From an uncultured bacterium (GTDB taxonomy: Bacteria; Omnitrophota; Omnitrophia; Omnitrophales; Aquincolibacteriaceae), in the NCBI GenBank assembly GCA_964434115.1, contig CAYSSX010000006.1, positions 140,106 to 204,105 of the forward strand: DNA of 64,000 nucleotides. Direction: 5' to 3'. A program made the position numbers and the translations under genes. Below are positions 21,794-32,870 of the stretch, piece after piece. The notes under the pieces are model-generated. The model was not told where the DNA came from, did not search any database, and saw nothing but the letters and a program-made list of their open reading frames with translations. Numbering within the stretch: the stretch's first letter is position 1; every line of letters starts with the position of its first letter.

Positions 21794-22022
21794 TTTTTTT
21801 TTCTGGCTTGTCACGGGCGTTCTTTTTTTCTCTGCGGCTCCCGTGTTTTCGGCAGAGACACCTCCCGCGGCGGCTTCCCAAACATCGCCTTTACTAGGTA
21901 AGATTCGTGATTTGGATGCTAGGCTGGAAAAGATCGAAAAAGACCAGGCTGAGATTTTAGAAAACCAGAAAGAAATCCTCAAGCAAGTCTTAAGCCTGAA
22001 GACGATCGTCCGGCGAAGCTAA
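21780..22022 (+). CDS. small secreted coiled-coil protein (putative TTG start)
   Basis: TTG at 21780 has a GGAGGG Shine-Dalgarno 9-16 nt upstream. A signal peptide (FFFWLVTGVLFFSAAPVFSA) is followed by a coiled coil (ARLEKIEKDQAEILENQKEILKQV). The gene overlaps the upstream stop by 14 nt. Confidence 0.4.
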   Translation: MKRPDFFFWLVTGVLFFSAAPVFSAETPPAAASQTSPLLGKIRDLDARLEKIEKDQAEILENQKEILKQVLSLKTIVRRS

Positions 22023-22029
22023 GAGTTCG

Positions 22030-23325
22030 ATGCCCGCCTCCGTAGTTTTGTCCCAACATCCCCGTGCTTTGAAAGGTCATTACCGCCCTCCCGGCGACAA
22101 ATCCATTTCTCACCGGGCTGTCATGTTCGGCGCGCTTGCTTCCGGCCGAAGTGTCTATACCCATTTCCTTCAAGCGGAAGACTGCCTTCACACGCTTCAA
22201 GCCTTTCAAGCCATGGGCGTTTCCGCCAATCTCGACCGTTCCACGGGAACTCTGACCGTGGATGGCGTGGGCGTCCGCGGTCTTAAGGCACCTGCCGGAG
22301 AACTTTATCTTGGTAATTCCGGAACCTCGATGCGCCTGATGCTGGGCATTCTAGCGGGGCAAAGGTTTGAAACTGTTCTGACTGGAGATCCCTCTTTATC
22401 TTCACGCCCGATGAAGCGGGTGACGGTTCCGCTTAAATCCATGGGAGCCCAAATCAAAGGTAAGGATAGCGGAAACTTTGCGCCGCTTACGATCCGCGGC
22501 GGAAAGTTAAAAGCGATTGAGTTTGAAAACCATCTTCGCAGTGCCCAAGTGAAGTCCGCGATTTTGTTTGCCGGGATGTACGCTGATGGCGTCACCCGTA
22601 TCCACGAGCCCGTACTCTCACGCGATCACTCAGAGCGTTTCCTCGCAGCTTCAGGGGCCGTTTTTCAGAAAAAAGGGGAGTGGCTAGAAATTTCAGAAAC
22701 AGTTTCCCTCAAACCTCTGTCGGCCGCCATTCCAGGGGACATGTCTTCCGCTGCTTTTTTTCTTGTGGGTGCAGCTATGACCCCGGGTTCCGATGTTACG
22801 GTGGAAGGGGTTTGTCTTAACCCCACAAGAACCGGTGTTTTGAAAGTTTTGGAGAGGATGGGAGCCAAGGTGGAAGTGCACGAAACACAGCGTGAGCCTG
22901 AGCCTCTTGGCACGGTTCATGTGACAGGAACCCGTCTAAAAGGTGTGCGCATCACGGCCGAGGAAGTTCCAAGTCTTATTGATGAACTTCCTATCCTCAT
23001 GACGGCCATGGCTTTGGCTGAGGGGGAGAGCCTGGTTTCCGGAGCCGAAGAACTCCGGGTGAAGGAAACAGACCGTATTCTCTCGATGGCTAAGAACTTA
23101 AATGCTGTCGGTGCCCGTGTGGAAGAGCTTCCCGACGGCTGCCTGATCCGGGGCGTTGAAGGCTTCCACGGCGCCCGTGTGGAGAGCTTTGGTGATCACC
23201 GCACGGCGATGAGTCTTGCGCTTGCCACGCTGGCCATGCGGGGGGAACTGGAAATTGAGGATACGGCTTGCGTTGCGACCTCTTTTCCCTCTTTTTTTGA
23301 AGATTTCAACCGTTTGAAAGCCTGA
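22030..23325 (+). CDS. aroA: 3-phosphoshikimate 1-carboxyvinyltransferase (EPSP synthase) AroA
   Basis: PGDKSISHRA and LGNSGTSMRL motifs in a 431-aa protein. Confidence 0.95.
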   Translation: MPASVVLSQHPRALKGHYRPPGDKSISHRAVMFGALASGRSVYTHFLQAEDCLHTLQAFQAMGVSANLDRSTGTLTVDGVGVRGLKAPAGELYLGNSGTSMRLMLGILAGQRFETVLTGDPSLSSRPMKRVTVPLKSMGAQIKGKDSGNFAPLTIRGGKLKAIEFENHLRSAQVKSAILFAGMYADGVTRIHEPVLSRDHSERFLAASGAVFQKKGEWLEISETVSLKPLSAAIPGDMSSAAFFLVGAAMTPGSDVTVEGVCLNPTRTGVLKVLERMGAKVEVHETQREPEPLGTVHVTGTRLKGVRITAEEVPSLIDELPILMTAMALAEGESLVSGAEELRVKETDRILSMAKNLNAVGARVEELPDGCLIRGVEGFHGARVESFGDHRTAMSLALATLAMRGELEIEDTACVATSFPSFFEDFNRLKA

Positions 23326-23365
23326 TTTCCCGGGTTTTAGAGACTGTTTTTGCCAGGGGAAAGTG

Positions 23366-23394
23366 TTGACACAAATGGTTGGCTTCGATATACT
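23366..23394 (+). promoter_or_regulatory. consensus sigma70-type promoter upstream of mreB (TTGACA-17-TATACT)
   Basis: TTGACA at 23366-23371, a 17-nt spacer, and TATACT at 23389-23394. It lies about 80 nt upstream of mreB. Confidence 0.5.
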
Positions 23395-23464
23395 TTGCGA
23401 ACTTCGGTCGACTCCAAAGTCCCTAAAATTTTTAGTGCGGAAAACTTCCCTGAACGAAGGATAA

Positions 23465-24529
<1,065 letters not shown>

Positions 24530-24662
24530 GCCGTTCCTGCCAGGCTCCGGTTGACGGTGTGATCCTTCCAGCCCCGGACAAAGACTTTCCTGAAAAACAG
24601 CGGCCAGTGGATTAGCCGGATTAAAACCGCCGGCGAAAAACAGGAAACAATTAAGTTTTCCA

Positions 24663-25463
24663 ATGAACATAAAGCGGAAGTATTACTTTCTTGCCCTTTT
24701 TATACTCCCCGTATTGTTTATTCTCCGGGCCCCCGGAGTGACTCCCAAGACCAACATGGTCGCGCAATCGCTTTTCAAACCGTTTCTTTCCGCCGGCAGC
24801 AGTTTCTCTGATTCCTTTTCCCATTTTTTTGATTACTTCGCGCTCTTTTGGAAAACCTTTGAAGAGCAGCAGCAAAACCGCACCCGCATCACTGAATTGG
24901 AATCCAAATTGGAGCTTTATCAGGAAGCGGTTCATGAAAACCAACGCCTGAAAAAACTGCTCGACTTTAAAGGGACGGTCCAAGGCAACTCGGTGGCCTC
25001 CCGGGTCATTGGCTGGGATTTGACACCTTGGCGCAAAATGATCATTCTCGACAAGGGCCGCAAGCAGGGCATCAAACAGGACATGGCGGTTGTTGTTCCT
25101 GAAGGGCTTATTGGGCGGGTTCTGGAAGTCGGGTCGTCGACTTGCCGGGTGATTCTCTTGATTGATCCAGAAGCCAGGGTCAGCGGAATTGCTTCGGACA
25201 GCCGCGGAAACGGCCTGATTGCCGGAAACGGGACGGGTGTTCTCGAATTCCGCTTTCTAGACATGGATGCCGGCATTGCCGTAGAGGAAACAGTCTTGAC
25301 CTCAGGTCTCACCCAGTTGTTTCCCAAGGGCATCCGGATTGGGAAAATAAAATCCCTGAGCAAGGACAAAGACGGTCTTCACCTGACTGCCCAGATCATG
25401 CCTTTTGCGTCCTTTTCAAAACTCGAAGAAGTCTTATGCATCGCATCCTCTCAATCCCGGTAA
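24663..25463 (+). CDS. mreC: rod shape-determining protein MreC
   Basis: N-terminal TM helix, a coiled coil (ELESKLELYQEAVHENQRLKKLL) and a beta domain (GLIGRVLEV...SGL..LFPKGI.IG). It sits in the mreB-mreC-mreD position. Confidence 0.85.
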   Translation: MNIKRKYYFLALFILPVLFILRAPGVTPKTNMVAQSLFKPFLSAGSSFSDSFSHFFDYFALFWKTFEEQQQNRTRITELESKLELYQEAVHENQRLKKLLDFKGTVQGNSVASRVIGWDLTPWRKMIILDKGRKQGIKQDMAVVVPEGLIGRVLEVGSSTCRVILLIDPEARVSGIASDSRGNGLIAGNGTGVLEFRFLDMDAGIAVEETVLTSGLTQLFPKGIRIGKIKSLSKDKDGLHLTAQIMPFASFSKLEEVLCIASSQSR

Positions 25464-25954
25464 TTTCTTTTTTCATCCTCCTCCATGTTTTTGACCTGAC
25501 GTTTGCGCCTGCTTTGCCCTTTTCAAGCGCCCGGATTGTTTTTCTTTATCTTTTTGTCCTTTACGGAGCGTTTGCCTGGGAAGGGAACCGCGCGATTCCA
25601 CTGGCTGTGATTGCGGGGCTTTTGCGTGATTTTACAAGTTCAGAGTACCTGGGGCTGGAAACGCTGAGCCTGGCGGCAGGGGCTATTCTTCTGGATTGGG
25701 CTGTTCATAAGGTGGACCGGCGGTCCTCTTTTATCCGCGGTTTTTACACATTCTTATTTTTTCTTGGAGTTCAGGGAATTCAGATTTTTTTTGTGAGTCT
25801 CTTGTCAGCTCAAGGAAAGATTAACGGGGCCACGCTGAGCATGATTTTTAAAACCTCGCTCTGGAATGCCCTGGTGACGCCGGCTTTTTTCTATTTCTCC
25901 GCTTTTTGGTTTCATGACCGGAAGCCTCTTCGACAGTACGAACTTTTCAGGTAA
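25436..25954 (+). CDS. mreD: rod shape-determining protein MreD
   Basis: A roughly 170-aa polytopic membrane protein between mreC and the PBP2 gene. Overlaps mreC. Confidence 0.7.
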   Translation: MHRILSIPVISFFILLHVFDLTFAPALPFSSARIVFLYLFVLYGAFAWEGNRAIPLAVIAGLLRDFTSSEYLGLETLSLAAGAILLDWAVHKVDRRSSFIRGFYTFLFFLGVQGIQIFFVSLLSAQGKINGATLSMIFKTSLWNALVTPAFFYFSAFWFHDRKPLRQYELFR

Positions 25955-25957
25955 ACC

Positions 25958-27679
25958 ATGCGATTTATTATTTTCAGAATCGGGATTTATATCGGGCTTA
26001 CTATTTTGCTCGCTGGCCTTTTTTATACTCAGGTCATTCAGGGAAGTTATTATCATGCCCTCGGGGATAAGAACCGTATTCGTCTCATCCCTCTGGAAGC
26101 CCCGCGCGGCCGTGTTTTTGACCGCAGCGGAAAGCTTCTCGCTACAAACCGTCCGGCCTATGATCTGGTGGCAACGCCTGAGGATATGGAGCCGGAAACC
26201 GTGCCGCTTCTCGCGAAGCTTCTTGACCTATCGGAAAAAGAGGTGAAGGACCGCCTCAAAGCTCCCCGTGAATACCCTTTTGCTCCGGCCATGATCCAGG
26301 AAGACATCTCCCGCGAACTTGCTTTTAAGGTTGAGGAGTACCGTCCCGAACTTTCTGGCGTCGATATTGTTGTTTCCGGATTGAGGAATTACCCTAATCA
26401 TGGAACGGCGGCGCATGTGATTGGTTTCATAGGAAAAATCAACAGGGAAGAGTATCTGGCAAGCCGTGAAAACCAGGAACAATTCGGGCTTAATTCGGCT
26501 GTCGGCAGGGCTGGCCTTGAAAAAATCTATGATTCCGAACTGCGCGGCTGGCGGGGCGGTAAACAGATTGAAGTGAACGCCCGCGGAAAAATGATTAAGG
26601 TTCTCTCGGAGCGCGACCCGGAGCCAGGGCGGGATTTGACGGTCACGCTGGATCTTGAACTGCAGAATAAGGTCGTGGAGGCCATGGGGGATAAAACGGC
26701 GGCTGTTTTGCTGCTGGATCTGGCCAGCGACGAACTGCTGGTCATGGCCAGCACACCGGCTTTTGACCCCAATGCTTTTGTGTCGCCTTCCGCAGCCAAA
26801 GAACGTCAGGCCTATTTGAATGATAAAACAGCGCCTCTTTTAGACAGAAGCGTCAGCTCCGCTTATCCACCCGGATCCATTTTTAAACTGATCACCGCAA
26901 TCACAGCGCTCTCGACGGGAAAGATCAACACGAACACGCACTTTTTCTGCTCGGGTCAGTACCGCTTAACCCCCAACACATCTCCCCGGAAATGCTGGTT
27001 TGCCCGCGGGCATGGCAGCCTGAGCATTTATCAAGCCCTTGAACGCTCCTGCAATGTCTTCTTTTACAACGTGGGTTCCAAACTGACAGCCGATCAAATT
27101 TCTGATTATTCGCATCGGTTTGGTCTGGGGGAAATTGTTCCCGTTGAAGCGACGAACATTTCTCCCGGCCTTGTGCCAAATTCAGCCTGGAAGAAAAAGC
27201 AGTTTAAAGACAAATGGTATCAGGGGGAAACCTTGAGTTTTGCGATTGGGCAAAGCTATCTTCTGACAACACCCATGCAGATCCTCCGCATGACCGCAAC
27301 CATTGCTAAGGATGGAGTTATTTCGGAACCGCATTTGGTACGGGATAAGAACAGGAAATCAGAAGAGCGCCGGGTCGATGTGAAAAAAGAGAATTTTGAT
27401 ATTGTGAAAAAAGGGATGCTTCAAGTGGTTCAGTCTGATTATGGGACCGGGCAGCTGGCGCGTGTCGATTTCGGTGAAATGGCCGCTAAAACCGGGACAG
27501 CTCAAGCTCCGCCCAAGGATGCTCACGGCTGGATGACCGGTTATTTTCCTTATGATGATCCGAAGGTGGCTTTTACGGTATTCGTCGAACATGGAGGCTC
27601 GGGAGGTATCGCAGGTGCCAAGATTGTGAAAAGCATGATTCTTGCGTGGAGGGATCTTTATGCTCAAAAAGTGGCTTAG
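25958..27679 (+). CDS. mrdA: penicillin-binding protein 2 (elongasome transpeptidase)
   Basis: N-terminal TM helix, a PBP dimerisation domain, and the transpeptidase motifs SIFK (SxxK), SCN (SxN) and KTGT. Confidence 0.9.
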   Translation: MRFIIFRIGIYIGLTILLAGLFYTQVIQGSYYHALGDKNRIRLIPLEAPRGRVFDRSGKLLATNRPAYDLVATPEDMEPETVPLLAKLLDLSEKEVKDRLKAPREYPFAPAMIQEDISRELAFKVEEYRPELSGVDIVVSGLRNYPNHGTAAHVIGFIGKINREEYLASRENQEQFGLNSAVGRAGLEKIYDSELRGWRGGKQIEVNARGKMIKVLSERDPEPGRDLTVTLDLELQNKVVEAMGDKTAAVLLLDLASDELLVMASTPAFDPNAFVSPSAAKERQAYLNDKTAPLLDRSVSSAYPPGSIFKLITAITALSTGKINTNTHFFCSGQYRLTPNTSPRKCWFARGHGSLSIYQALERSCNVFFYNVGSKLTADQISDYSHRFGLGEIVPVEATNISPGLVPNSAWKKKQFKDKWYQGETLSFAIGQSYLLTTPMQILRMTATIAKDGVISEPHLVRDKNRKSEERRVDVKKENFDIVKKGMLQVVQSDYGTGQLARVDFGEMAAKTGTAQAPPKDAHGWMTGYFPYDDPKVAFTVFVEHGGSGGIAGAKIVKSMILAWRDLYAQKVA

Positions 27680-28742
27680 GGATATACACTGGCCTCTTGT
27701 CTTGGCCATGCTTGGGCTGGCGGCTCTAGGAATCGTGTTTATTTACAGCTCTTCCTACCGGGATCCGGGAGAGTTCCATCTCAAGCAGCTTTTCTGGGCC
27801 TCTGTCGGTTTTGTGATTTTTTTTATCATGCCCTTTATAGGCTACCGCACTTTTCTAAGTTCATCTTATCTCCTGTATGTCATTTCGCTTTTGCTTTTGG
27901 TGTGGGTGGATATTGCCGGCCATACGCGTCTCGGCGCGCAGAGATGGATCATTATCGGACCCATTGTGATTCAGCCGTCAGAGTTTGCAAAATTGACGAC
28001 AGTTCTCGCGCTTTCCAATTTTCTCGGTTCCCATCACTCCTGGGAAAAAGAGAATGGAATTATTCTAGCAGCCATTGGCATGACGCTGGTCCCGATGTTC
28101 CTTATCATGAAACAGCCTGATTTGGGATCCTCACTGCTTTTTGTTCCCATGCTCGTGGTGCTGCTTTTGTTGTGGGGGATCCGCTACCGGTATTTGATTG
28201 CTGCGGTTGTTATGGGAGCCGCATCGGCCCCTTTTCTTTGGCTGTTCCTCAAAGAGTATCAGAAAAAGCGCATTCTCGTTTTTTTGAATCCCCAGCTGGA
28301 CCCGCTGGGCTCCGGATACACCGCGCTTCAGTCCCGAATCGCCGTGGGGTCCGGAGGTTTTTGGGGCAAAGGTTTTCTCCATGGGACTCAAAGCCAGCTG
28401 AACTTTGTTCCTGAGCATCATACAGACTTTATCTTTTGTGTTCTTGGCGAGGAGTGGGGATTTTTGGGGTCTATTCTTCTGCTTTTTCTTTACGGGTACC
28501 TTTTTAATGCCCTCTTTCAAGTCATCACGCATACGACGGATTTTAAAGCAAAGCTTCTTTGTTCAGGGGTTCTGACTGTCCTGTTCGCGCAAGTGTTTAT
28601 CAATGTGGGTATGAGCATCGGCCTTATGCCAGTGACCGGGCTGACCCTTCCGCTTATCAGTTATGGGGGATCTTCATTTGTGGCAACCGCCATTGCCTTG
28701 GGACTGGCTCTGAGTATTCATAAGGAACGATCCATCTTCTAG
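27660..28742 (+). CDS. rodA: peptidoglycan glycosyltransferase RodA (SEDS family)
   Basis: A 10-TM FtsW/RodA/SpoVE protein. The probable start is the internal Met MLKKWLRD. It directly follows PBP2. Confidence 0.9.
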   Translation: MLKKWLRDIHWPLVLAMLGLAALGIVFIYSSSYRDPGEFHLKQLFWASVGFVIFFIMPFIGYRTFLSSSYLLYVISLLLLVWVDIAGHTRLGAQRWIIIGPIVIQPSEFAKLTTVLALSNFLGSHHSWEKENGIILAAIGMTLVPMFLIMKQPDLGSSLLFVPMLVVLLLLWGIRYRYLIAAVVMGAASAPFLWLFLKEYQKKRILVFLNPQLDPLGSGYTALQSRIAVGSGGFWGKGFLHGTQSQLNFVPEHHTDFIFCVLGEEWGFLGSILLLFLYGYLFNALFQVITHTTDFKAKLLCSGVLTVLFAQVFINVGMSIGLMPVTGLTLPLISYGGSSFVATAIALGLALSIHKERSIF

Positions 28743-28801
28743 CGGCTGTAAATTCAGTACCCCGGCTTTTTGTTTTATGATAGATTTTGGAGTCCCTTTG
28801 A

Positions 28802-28879
28802 CGGGGCGTGGCTCAGTCTGGCTAGAGCGCCTGCTTTGGGAGCAGGATGTCGCAGGTTCAAATCCTGCCGCCCCGACCA
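28802..28879 (+). tRNA. tRNA-Pro(TGG)
   Basis: Cloverleaf: acceptor CGGGGCG/CGCCCCG, D-arm GCTC...GAGC, anticodon stem CCTGC/GCAGG with loop TTTGGGA, T-arm GCAGG-TTCAAAT-CCTGC, and encoded ACCA. Confidence 0.9.
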
Positions 28880-28987
28880 AGTTCTCGGCACCGCAGAGCG
28901 GTTTTTGATGAAAAGTCCGGGCTTTGAGTTTCGCCCGAGAGGCCCTTTAAGAAAGGGTGATGAAATTATCGAAAGAGAGGAGTTTTT

Positions 28988-29167
28988 ATGAGTATGCCAG
29001 GCCCGCTTGAAATTATTGTGATCCTCGTTGTTGTGCTTCTGCTTTTTGGGGCAAAACGTTTGCCGGAAATCGGCCGTGCTCTCGGAGAGGGAATCCGGGA
29101 GTTCAAAAAATCAATCAAAGATATTGATGGCAACAACGGTCCCGACAAAAAAAATCCCGGCGCTTAA
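28988..29167 (+). CDS. tatA: twin-arginine translocase subunit TatA/E (59 aa; below the ORF-track length cutoff)
   Basis: [45 protein letters not shown] fits the TatA TM helix plus amphipathic helix. An AGGAG Shine-Dalgarno lies upstream. Confidence 0.75.
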   Translation: MSMPGPLEIIVILVVVLLLFGAKRLPEIGRALGEGIREFKKSIKDIDGNNGPDKKNPGA

Positions 29168-29657
29168 AACAGCCCGGGATTGGATTCAGCAGCTCGCTCT
29201 GAAGCCGCATCCTGAAGGCGGCTTTTTCCGCGAGACCTACCGCAGCTTTGGCCAAGTGTCCGGCGCTGCTTTAACACCTTCACGCAAGGGACCCCGCGCT
29301 TTCTCCACCGCCATTTATTTTCTTTTAAAGAAAAGACAAGTGTCACGGTTTCACAGGATACTGTCCGATGAAATCTGGCACTTCTATTACGGGGATCCGC
29401 TCCGCATTCATTTTCTTTTTCCTGATGGGAATTATGCCTTTCAAGATTTAGGGGTTAGCTCGCGGCAATCGTCCTTTCAGGTGATTGTGCCTGCGGGGGT
29501 ATGGTTTGGGGCGTCCCTGCACTCTGGAAGCCGCTATGCGCTTTTAGGGTGCACCGTGGCGCCAGGATTTGATTTTTCTGACTTTGAAATGGCGAAGCGA
29601 AAGAAACTCTTGCGTGAGTATCCTGATAATGCGGAGATTGTCCGCGCACTGACTTGA
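29127..29657 (+). CDS. cupin-fold protein of the DUF985 family
   Basis: [18 protein letters not shown] and IWHFYYGDP motifs are present. The start is uncertain, and the listed ORF overlaps tatA in another frame. Confidence 0.6.
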   Translation: MATTVPTKKIPALKTARDWIQQLALKPHPEGGFFRETYRSFGQVSGAALTPSRKGPRAFSTAIYFLLKKRQVSRFHRILSDEIWHFYYGDPLRIHFLFPDGNYAFQDLGVSSRQSSFQVIVPAGVWFGASLHSGSRYALLGCTVAPGFDFSDFEMAKRKKLLREYPDNAEIVRALT

Positions 29658-29670
29658 AACGAGGTGGATA

Positions 29671-31158
29671 GTGAAAGTCATTCTTGGAATGGACCTTGGC
29701 ACTACGGGCAACCGAGTGGCTGCTTTTGCCAGGGATGGCCGTTTGACCGCTTCCGCATATTACGAATTCCCCCAGATTTTTCCCCAGCCGGGATGGGTTG
29801 AACATGACCCTTTTCAGATCCTGGAAACCGCGATGCGTGCCCTGAGAGAAGTCACAGGAAAGGTGGGGGTCGAGAACATCCAGGGTCTAGGCATAACGAA
29901 TCAACGCGAAACCACCATCCTTTGGGACAAGAAGACGGGAATACCGGTTTATAACGCGATTGTTTGGCAGTGCCGGAGAACCACCTCGCTTTGCGATTCT
30001 TTGCGCAGCTCAGCGCCGGAAGTCAAGGCACGCACGGGCCTGTCTCTCGACCCTTATTTTTCAGCAACCAAAATCTCTTGGCTTCTCGACCAAGTACCAG
30101 GGCTTCGTGAAAAAGTTTCACGGGGAGAAATCCTTTTTGGAACCGTCGACACCTGGCTGCTTTGGAACCTTACAAAAGGGCGTGTTCATGCCACGGAGGC
30201 CAGCAATGCATCGCGCACGCTGTGTCTAAATCTTAAAACCTTGGCGTATGATCCTGAAATGCTGAAGCTTTTTGGAGTTCCTGAAAATATTCTTCCAGAA
30301 GTCCGCGATAGCGGCGGAAAATTTGGGGTCCTCGATAAGAGTCTCCTAGGCCGGGAAATTCCTATTCTTGGAATCCTGGGAGATCAGCAGGCGGCTTTTT
30401 TTGCCCAAGGAGGATGGCAGGAGGGCGTGGTCAAGAACACTTACGGCACCGGACTTTTTCTGATGGCCGCTACGGGCAAAACGATTCCGGAGTCCGGCCC
30501 GCTGATTAACACCGTTGCCTGGAAACTTCGGGGAGATGTTCTTTATGCTCTCGAGGGAAGTGTTTTTATCGGGGGCGCAGCCATCCAGTGGCTGAGGGAC
30601 GGCCTTGGGCTGATTACCTCTGCCGAAGAAACTGAGGCCATGGCGAAAAGCCTTAAATCCAATGATGGGGTTTATTTTGTTCCGGCCTTAACCGGATTGG
30701 GTGCACCCTACTGGGATCCTTCTGCCCGGGGACTTTTGATTGGTTTGACTCGCGGAACCACTCCCGCACATTTTGCAAGAGCAGCCTTAGAATCATTGGC
30801 CTATCAGACGCGTGATGTCATTGATGAAATGAAACACCTGACCTCATCGCATTCGTTCACCAGTCTTCGGGTGGATGGGGGTGCTGTGAAAAATAATTTT
30901 CTTATGCAGTTTCAATCGGACATTCTTGGCTTTAACGTGGAAAGGCCTGAACAAACGGAAACCACTGTCCTGGGGGCCGCGGCGTTGGCAGGAATCGAAG
31001 CCGGTTTTTGGACTCAAGAGGAGTTTCTTTCTGCCCGCTGTGTGGACAAAGTGTTTCAGCCCCAGATGCTGGAAAGCGAAAGGCAAGAGCTTTACCGTTT
31101 GTGGCGCGCGGCAGCTGCCAAGTCCTTAGGGTGGGCTAAAGCACCCGGCAGGGAATAA
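29671..31158 (+). CDS. glpK: glycerol kinase
   Basis: FGGY-family motifs (ILGMDLGTTGNR; GTVDTWLLWNLT; C-terminal GGAVKNNFLMQFQSDILG). GTG start with a GAGGTGG Shine-Dalgarno. Confidence 0.95.
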   Translation: MKVILGMDLGTTGNRVAAFARDGRLTASAYYEFPQIFPQPGWVEHDPFQILETAMRALREVTGKVGVENIQGLGITNQRETTILWDKKTGIPVYNAIVWQCRRTTSLCDSLRSSAPEVKARTGLSLDPYFSATKISWLLDQVPGLREKVSRGEILFGTVDTWLLWNLTKGRVHATEASNASRTLCLNLKTLAYDPEMLKLFGVPENILPEVRDSGGKFGVLDKSLLGREIPILGILGDQQAAFFAQGGWQEGVVKNTYGTGLFLMAATGKTIPESGPLINTVAWKLRGDVLYALEGSVFIGGAAIQWLRDGLGLITSAEETEAMAKSLKSNDGVYFVPALTGLGAPYWDPSARGLLIGLTRGTTPAHFARAALESLAYQTRDVIDEMKHLTSSHSFTSLRVDGGAVKNNFLMQFQSDILGFNVERPEQTETTVLGAAALAGIEAGFWTQEEFLSARCVDKVFQPQMLESERQELYRLWRAAAAKSLGWAKAPGRE

Positions 31159-31160
31159 GC

Positions 31161-32099
31161 ATGAACCGGATTGTGACACTCACCATGAACCCCTGCATTG
31201 ATAAAAGCACCTCGGTGAACCGGGTTGAGACAGAAAATAAACTTCGCTGCGAGCGTCCGCATTTTGACCCGGGCGGGGGCGGCATCAATGTGTCCCGTGC
31301 GCTCCGCAAACTCGGAGGCCATTCCTTGGCCCTTTATCCCATGGGCGGGCCGCCGGGAGTGATGCTTAAACAATTTCTTGAAAAGGAAGGTGTTTCTCAA
31401 AGCCCTTTTTTGATTCAGGACTGGACGCGGGAAAATTTTATTGTTTTTGAGAAGTCTTCAGAACTCCAGTACCGGTTTGGACTGCCGGGGCCGGGTTTGT
31501 ATGAAGCCGAATGGCTCACCATTCTCCGTGATCTTGAAAATCTCTTCCCTCACCCCGAGTACCTTGTTTTAAGCGGAAGCCTTCCTCAGCGCGTCCCGGC
31601 CAACTTTTACGCGCGGGCGGTTCAGATTGCGAAAAGGCAAGGTTCCCGTGTTGTGTTGGATGCGGCCAAAGAGCCGCTCAAGGAGGCATTCCGGGAAGGT
31701 GTTTTTTTGCTCAAGCCGAACCTTGTCGAACTGGAAGAAATTGCGGGCACGGCCTTGACGGATCTCGTCAGTCAAAAAAGAGCTGCCTTGGAGCTTATTG
31801 AAGAAGGCGTTGCGGAACATATAGTTGTTTCTCTGGGAGGGCAAGGGGCTTTAGGGGCTGTTCGCGGGGCTTGTTATCTGGTGCAAGCACCCCAAGTAAA
31901 AATTCAGAGCAAGGTCGGAGCGGGGGACAGCATGGTCGGCGGTCTTGTTTATGGATTTTCAAGCGGCTGGGATTTTAAAGATTCGCTTCGTTATGGCGTT
32001 GCATGCGGTACAGCGGCCGTCATGAATAGAGGGACGGAATTATGCAGGCTTGAGGACGTTGAAGCGTTATTTCCCAGGGTTACTGCTTTCCGGCTCTGA
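31161..32099 (+). CDS. PfkB-family carbohydrate kinase (1-phosphofructokinase/tagatose-6-P kinase-like)
   Basis: A ribokinase-like fold with DPGGGGINVSRA and a C-terminal GAGDSMVGGLVYG motif. Confidence 0.85.
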   Translation: MNRIVTLTMNPCIDKSTSVNRVETENKLRCERPHFDPGGGGINVSRALRKLGGHSLALYPMGGPPGVMLKQFLEKEGVSQSPFLIQDWTRENFIVFEKSSELQYRFGLPGPGLYEAEWLTILRDLENLFPHPEYLVLSGSLPQRVPANFYARAVQIAKRQGSRVVLDAAKEPLKEAFREGVFLLKPNLVELEEIAGTALTDLVSQKRAALELIEEGVAEHIVVSLGGQGALGAVRGACYLVQAPQVKIQSKVGAGDSMVGGLVYGFSSGWDFKDSLRYGVACGTAAVMNRGTELCRLEDVEALFPRVTAFRL

Positions 32100-32630
32100 T
32101 TTTTTTTCATTTGCAGCGATGGTGATGATCCCGCACCCCACCCGGCCGCCCGCATTTCCTAAGGGCTGGCTGAAATCATCCTCTTTTTCATGAACGATAA
32201 CGCTCCGGCCGGCAACAGCAAAAGGATTCCCGGCAACTGAAAGGCCCGTGATTGTCAGATCAATCGCAGCTGTTCCATTTTCGGAGACTTCAAGATTTCC
32301 AAGATCCCCCGCATGAGCTGATTTTAATTTCTGTTCAGGAAGATACCCGTGGGGTGCCCCTTGAGGGTTAAAGTGAGACCCGGCGGCCTTTCCTTCCTCG
32401 GCGCAGCTTCCAAATTCGTGGATATGAAAGCCGTGTTTCCCGGGCGTCAGTCCCTGAGCTTGTCCGTTGATGCGGATTCCCCCGGAAACATCCTCAAAAA
32501 GAATAGTACCTGTAACGCCAGCCCCTTCCCGGGTGCTGGAGATTTGGGCTTTTGCGGTTTCGGAAAAAGCGTCCGGAACCAGGGTGTTAAAAGCGATTGA
32601 AAAAATAGCGATGCATAGGACTGTTCGCAT
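32067..32630 (-). CDS. sodC: periplasmic Cu/Zn superoxide dismutase
   Basis: Signal peptide, then GFHIHEFGSC, HFNPQGAPHG and HAGDLGNL metal-ligand motifs. Its 3' end overlaps the pfkB-family gene convergently by 33 nt. Confidence 0.9.
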   Translation of the reverse strand: MRTVLCIAIFSIAFNTLVPDAFSETAKAQISSTREGAGVTGTILFEDVSGGIRINGQAQGLTPGKHGFHIHEFGSCAEEGKAAGSHFNPQGAPHGYLPEQKLKSAHAGDLGNLEVSENGTAAIDLTITGLSVAGNPFAVAGRSVIVHEKEDDFSQPLGNAGGRVGCGIITIAANEKKSEPESSNPGK

Positions 32631-32870
32631 GGGGCACCTCTTGCAATTAGGGGATATCAGGCAATGACGAAAAGAAAATAAGCAAGAATAAGCAGAAAAA
32701 AGCCTGTGATATGCAAAATCCAGTTTTCCAGATCCAAAAAAACCTCCCGGTTATCGTGACTTTTATTATCGGCAGAGACTGCCAGAAATAAACCCTTTTA
32801 AAAGCATGGGTTTATTCGCCCTGACAAGAAGCCGATATATGAGGAACACTTTTTAACCCAAACCGACCCT

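Noticed and set aside
21781-21800. T9 homopolymer run after the 297-aa membrane protein, as a terminator
   Set aside because: It is preceded only by a 6-nt self-complementary AGGCCT, so there is no stem. It lies inside the coding region of the overlapping small secreted protein (signal peptide FFFW...).
28674-28880. 68-aa minus-strand ORF (MVGAAGFEPATS...) and the 73-aa + strand ORF at 28770..28991
   Set aside because: Both run through the tRNA-Pro gene. The FEPATS peptide is the classic translation of a tRNA T-arm, so these are not coding.
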